The notes beneath the pieces are model-generated. The model did not search any database and was not told the origin of the DNA. It worked only from the letters and a program-made list of their open reading frames with translations. Of a stretch of DNA of 37,363 bases, positions 34,946 to 37,363 are shown in pieces. The stretch spans positions 1-37,363 of the IMG/VR virus record IMGVR_UViG_3300030708_003795; one strand, given 5' to 3'. Numbering within the stretch: position 1 is the stretch's first letter; every line of letters begins with the position of its first letter. Origin of the DNA: a virus (taxonomy: Duplodnaviria > Caudoviricetes). The position numbers and the translations under genes were made by a program.

Positions 34946-35275
34946 ATGAAACCGATGACTCAAGAACAAATGGATTTTTGCACTGCAATTGAGGATTACA
35001 AAAAAGAAAAAGACAAACTGTTTTTGTCGTGGTGCGAGGTGCTGCAGATCGTAAAAGATTTAGGTTACACCCGTCAAACCTCATATGACATCTATGAAAC
35101 TAGGGCACGGGAAATTATTGAGCAGATGGAAACCGATCCTGATCTGATGGATAACTGGCATCAGGATTTGGAAGATGAAGCACAAGGGGATTATTCGCGG
35201 GGTGATACCGATGCATATTTTTATTGTGAAAAGGTGAAATCAATAGTCTGGAAACTTTTGGAAGGGAAAGAATAA
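34946..35275 (+). CDS. Early protein with N-terminal Planctomycetota-like domain
   Basis: MT.EQ.DF..AI.DYK.....LF.SW.EVL.IVK.LGY. Confidence 0.75.
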   Translation: MKPMTQEQMDFCTAIEDYKKEKDKLFLSWCEVLQIVKDLGYTRQTSYDIYETRAREIIEQMETDPDLMDNWHQDLEDEAQGDYSRGDTDAYFYCEKVKSIVWKLLEGKE

Positions 35276-35433
35276 TGTCTAGATTTTTCGAAATCCTGTT
35301 TTTGATTGTGTATTTGCCATTCATGTTCATCGGCATCTGGATCCACGAATTACGGGGATTGTGGGATAAAGAACCGGGAATGCACATCGAGCCGGAATAC
35401 ACTGAACCTGAGAGGAGAGGAAAAGATGAATAG
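35275..35433 (+). CDS. Small membrane protein MSRFFEILFLIVYLPFMFIGIWIHELRG... (52 aa; not in ORF track)
   Basis: Translated by hand; TAATG coupling; N-terminal TM helix. Confidence 0.65.
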   Translation: MSRFFEILFLIVYLPFMFIGIWIHELRGLWDKEPGMHIEPEYTEPERRGKDE

Positions 35434-35926
35434 GAAAACCGCAAACATCGAGAAAGTACTGAATCATCTTCGGAACGGGAACCGGGCCAGGGTTGCCGAT
35501 TGGGATGAAAAGGAATTTATTCAGTACGACCCGACAAAGGGAATCGTCACGGAAACCGATGAAGAATGCAACGGGATGGTTTTTATCGTCAACTCTGACT
35601 GGGAACTGATTCCTCCAAGAGATGAAGAAAAGGAATTTCTCGTTTTCTCGACGCGGATCCGTCGAAATACTAACGAGTCCGATCATGAAGAAACCGAGTG
35701 TGTGGATACTCCAGAAAAGCAGACCATTAAAGAAATTCTTGAGTGGTGGAATGAATCAGACCTGGGTCGCAAAAATAAAGATGATATCGATCTGGAGGAA
35801 AAACTTTATAAGGCCGATGCCGGATCGACCATCACCGTTGAATCTGGTGCGAGTGGTGGATGGGATTGGTGGCTGAACAATTTTGTTTGTCTCGACGGAC
35901 AAGATGATTGGTGGATCGAGTACTAA
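35426..35926 (+). CDS. Acidic early protein (166 aa); N-terminus weakly DUF2829/Tad2-like
   Basis: GAGGAGAGG SD before ATG 35426; IEKVL..LRNG.RAR...W...DWEL. Confidence 0.75.
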   Translation: MNRKTANIEKVLNHLRNGNRARVADWDEKEFIQYDPTKGIVTETDEECNGMVFIVNSDWELIPPRDEEKEFLVFSTRIRRNTNESDHEETECVDTPEKQTIKEILEWWNESDLGRKNKDDIDLEEKLYKADAGSTITVESGASGGWDWWLNNFVCLDGQDDWWIEY

Positions 35927-35989
35927 ACCGAAACCGGGAATTTTCCCGGTCGGGTGATCGTGGCGGATCACTCCTGATGATGGTAGCCA
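35927..35989 (+). ncRNA. Type II hammerhead ribozyme 2 (predicted cleavage after GUC at 35951)
   Basis: ACC-GAAA; stem III ACCGGGA/UCCCGGU; C17; stem I GGGUGAUC/GAUCACUC with loop GUGGCG; CUGAUGA-U-GGU; GCCA pseudoknot. Confidence 0.92.
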
Positions 35990-36067
35990 GTGATAGACCA
36001 AGCTTTATGATAGGGAGAGAGAGAAAATGATAGACGATCAAGTTACTAACGATGGGAGAGAGTAAAG

Positions 36068-36943
36068 ATGGGCAAATCCTACCCAATCGGAAACCCCAGA
36101 GAGATTCGCAAGTTGTGCGGATTGCATTCTGGGAAATCCCGTGCAGACCTGGGGAGAGAAATAAAAGAAAATTGGAGCCGTATACAGGTTCGGGCAATGG
36201 CATCCGGTTTTAAAAACTGGATTCCCACCTTGCCAAATAGTCTGGAGATTCTGGGAACATCAACCAAGGTAGAAAAATCGCGGAAACTGAAAACGAAAAC
36301 GAAAATCCAGTATCTCAACCCAGGCCGACAGTCTGGGATCGAATTGTGCGGTTTCAGATGTTCAGGTTGCACAGGTGGATGTCTAGGCAATACCGCATCG
36401 AGACTCCGGATGTTTTCAGGCAAGAATTCCAAAACTTGGAAAACGATGCTACTGATCGGGGATCCCGTCCGGTATTTTTCCCTTTTGCAAATCGAAATTG
36501 ATTCCCACATCCGGAGTTGCCATCGGGATGGGATTGCTCCATCTCTCAGGTTGGATGGTTCCTCCGACACGGGGATGGCGGATGCATTATCCGAAATCTT
36601 CCCCGATTGCATTTTTTACGATTACACAAAATCCCGATTTCGGATGAATCGATTTCTGGACGGCAGCTTTTCCGACAATCGGCATCTCACGTTTTCCCGA
36701 TCCTCCAAAAATCACGATGCGAGTTTGGATATTTTGAATCGTGGCGGATCGGTTGCGGTTCCGGTTCTTCAGGACAAATCAGACTGGCCATCAGAGTGGC
36801 AAGGATTTCCGGTCTATGATGCGACCGAAACCGATGCAAGATTCTGGGATTCTCCCGGTTGGCAATTTCTCACTTGGGTTGGCCCGAAATCAGACCATGC
36901 CGAAAAATCGGGGTTCTTGGTAAACCTGGGGGAATCCCGATGA
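36068..36943 (+). CDS. Gp88-family protein (Cys cluster, radical-SAM-like)
   Basis: LC....SGC...CL, RLDGSSD, FYDYTK, HLTFSRS, D.T.TD.RF.D motifs. Confidence 0.8.
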   Translation: MGKSYPIGNPREIRKLCGLHSGKSRADLGREIKENWSRIQVRAMASGFKNWIPTLPNSLEILGTSTKVEKSRKLKTKTKIQYLNPGRQSGIELCGFRCSGCTGGCLGNTASRLRMFSGKNSKTWKTMLLIGDPVRYFSLLQIEIDSHIRSCHRDGIAPSLRLDGSSDTGMADALSEIFPDCIFYDYTKSRFRMNRFLDGSFSDNRHLTFSRSSKNHDASLDILNRGGSVAVPVLQDKSDWPSEWQGFPVYDATETDARFWDSPGWQFLTWVGPKSDHAEKSGFLVNLGESR

Positions 36944-37011
36944 TCGAAATTTGCATCCTGATCATCGTTATTTGGTTCCTGATTATTTCCAAGGATCGGA
37001 AAATACGATGA
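36940..37011 (+). CDS. 23-aa hydrophobic peptide MIEICILIIVIWFLIISKDRKIR
   Basis: ATGA overlap with Gp88-like stop, GGGGG upstream; synonymous-only differences from the copy at 1-68. Confidence 0.7.
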   Translation: MIEICILIIVIWFLIISKDRKIR

Positions 37012-37017
37012 CTGTTT

Positions 37018-37070
37018 GGGGAGTTGGCCAGTTGGTCGGCTCCCCCCATTTTCCGCGTCGCGACGCGGAA
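37018..37070 (+). other. GC-rich hairpin followed by a perfect 20-bp palindrome
   Basis: GGGGAGUUGGCC/GGUCGGCUCCCC stem (G-U pairs favour + strand); TTCCGCGTCGCGACGCGGAA at 37051-37070. Confidence 0.75.
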
Positions 37071-37085
37071 TCCGGACCTGGCAGC

Positions 37086-37126
37086 CACAGATACCACAGA
37101 AAACACAGAGAACACAGAAACCACAG
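37086..37126 (+). repeat. Tandem array of 5 CACAG motifs with 9-nt period (allele of 195-235)
   Basis: CACAG at 37086, 37095, 37104, 37113, 37122. Confidence 0.9.
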
Positions 37127-37146
37127 TAGAAAGAAAGGTACTCCCC

Positions 37147-37363
37147 ATGGAAATTTACAACGATGCCGATATCGAATCGAGGAACGCAGAAAACTTTGCA
37201 AACTCGATTCCCGAACCGGAGGAAACAAAAAAGATGCATCCCCTGGAAGCTCTCAATTTAGATGGCTATTGGTACGGTGATATAAAAACCGACATCGAAA
37301 AACGGGATGGAATTTGGTTTGTTGCAGGAACAACCCATCGAATCGGCAAACCTGGATCGCAAG
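37147..37363 (+). CDS. 3'-truncated allele of the 256-495 gene
   Basis: MEIYNDADIESRNAENFANSIPEPEETKKM...; 4 amino-acid changes and about 9 synonymous changes versus the left copy. Confidence 0.8.
   Translation, partial: MEIYNDADIESRNAENFANSIPEPEETKKMHPLEALNLDGYWYGDIKTDIEKRDGIWFVAGTTHRIGKPGSQ

Larger units (their letters stand above)
1..37363. mobile_element. Near-complete podovirus-type (T7/BPP-1-like morphogenesis module) phage genome, circularly permuted
   Basis: Ordered TerL-portal-scaffold-capsid-adaptor-nozzle-ejection protein module, YqaJ/RecT pair, dense small early genes, repeated ends; no host housekeeping genes or integrase seen. Confidence 0.95.
36944..37363 (+). repeat. Right copy of imperfect terminal direct repeat
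   Basis: Aligns to 1-472 except for the hairpin-bearing segment. Confidence 0.95.

Noticed and set aside
1-37363. Diversity-generating retroelement, integrase/att site, tRNA or alternative genetic code
   Set aside because: No reverse transcriptase, recombinase or cloverleaf seen; differences between end repeats are not adenine-specific; genes tile fully under the standard code

Overview
The window looks like a complete or near-complete, circularly permuted ~37 kb tailed-phage genome with short-tailed (podovirus, T7/BPP-1-type) virion genes. The minus strand from ~32.4 kb to ~8.2 kb carries the late operon: TerS, TerL, portal, HNH, Bbp19-like protein, scaffold, RHH protein, major capsid, three paralogous beta-rich proteins, three tiny basic proteins, a LamG-like protein, a fibre+adaptor fusion, nozzle, three ejection proteins and a lysis-like pair. 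Accessory genes follow on the same strand: a split dual-frame C5 methyltransferase and a CoiA-like nuclease. The plus strand from ~34.2 kb through the ends to ~4.7 kb carries small early genes, a Gp88-like protein, an HTH protein, YqaJ exonuclease, RecT and a DUF559-like nuclease. I recognise no DNA/RNA polymerase, helicase, primase, integrase, endolysin, tRNA or CRISPR array. The two ends (1-472 and 36944-37363) are diverged direct repeats. Main observations: (1) two co-varying type II hammerhead ribozymes with pseudoknots lie between early genes; (2) the methyltransferase is split over two overlapping reading frames; (3) the tail adaptor is fused to a ~780-aa fibre and has a strong internal in-frame start; (4) RecT carries a C-terminal domain resembling that of phage replication initiators; (5) 9-nt-period CACAG arrays; (6) a 23-aa membrane peptide supported by synonymous changes between the two end copies. 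One early protein resembles a domain I recall from Planctomycetota, which hints at the host. All family assignments come from motif recognition by eye, not from database searches.
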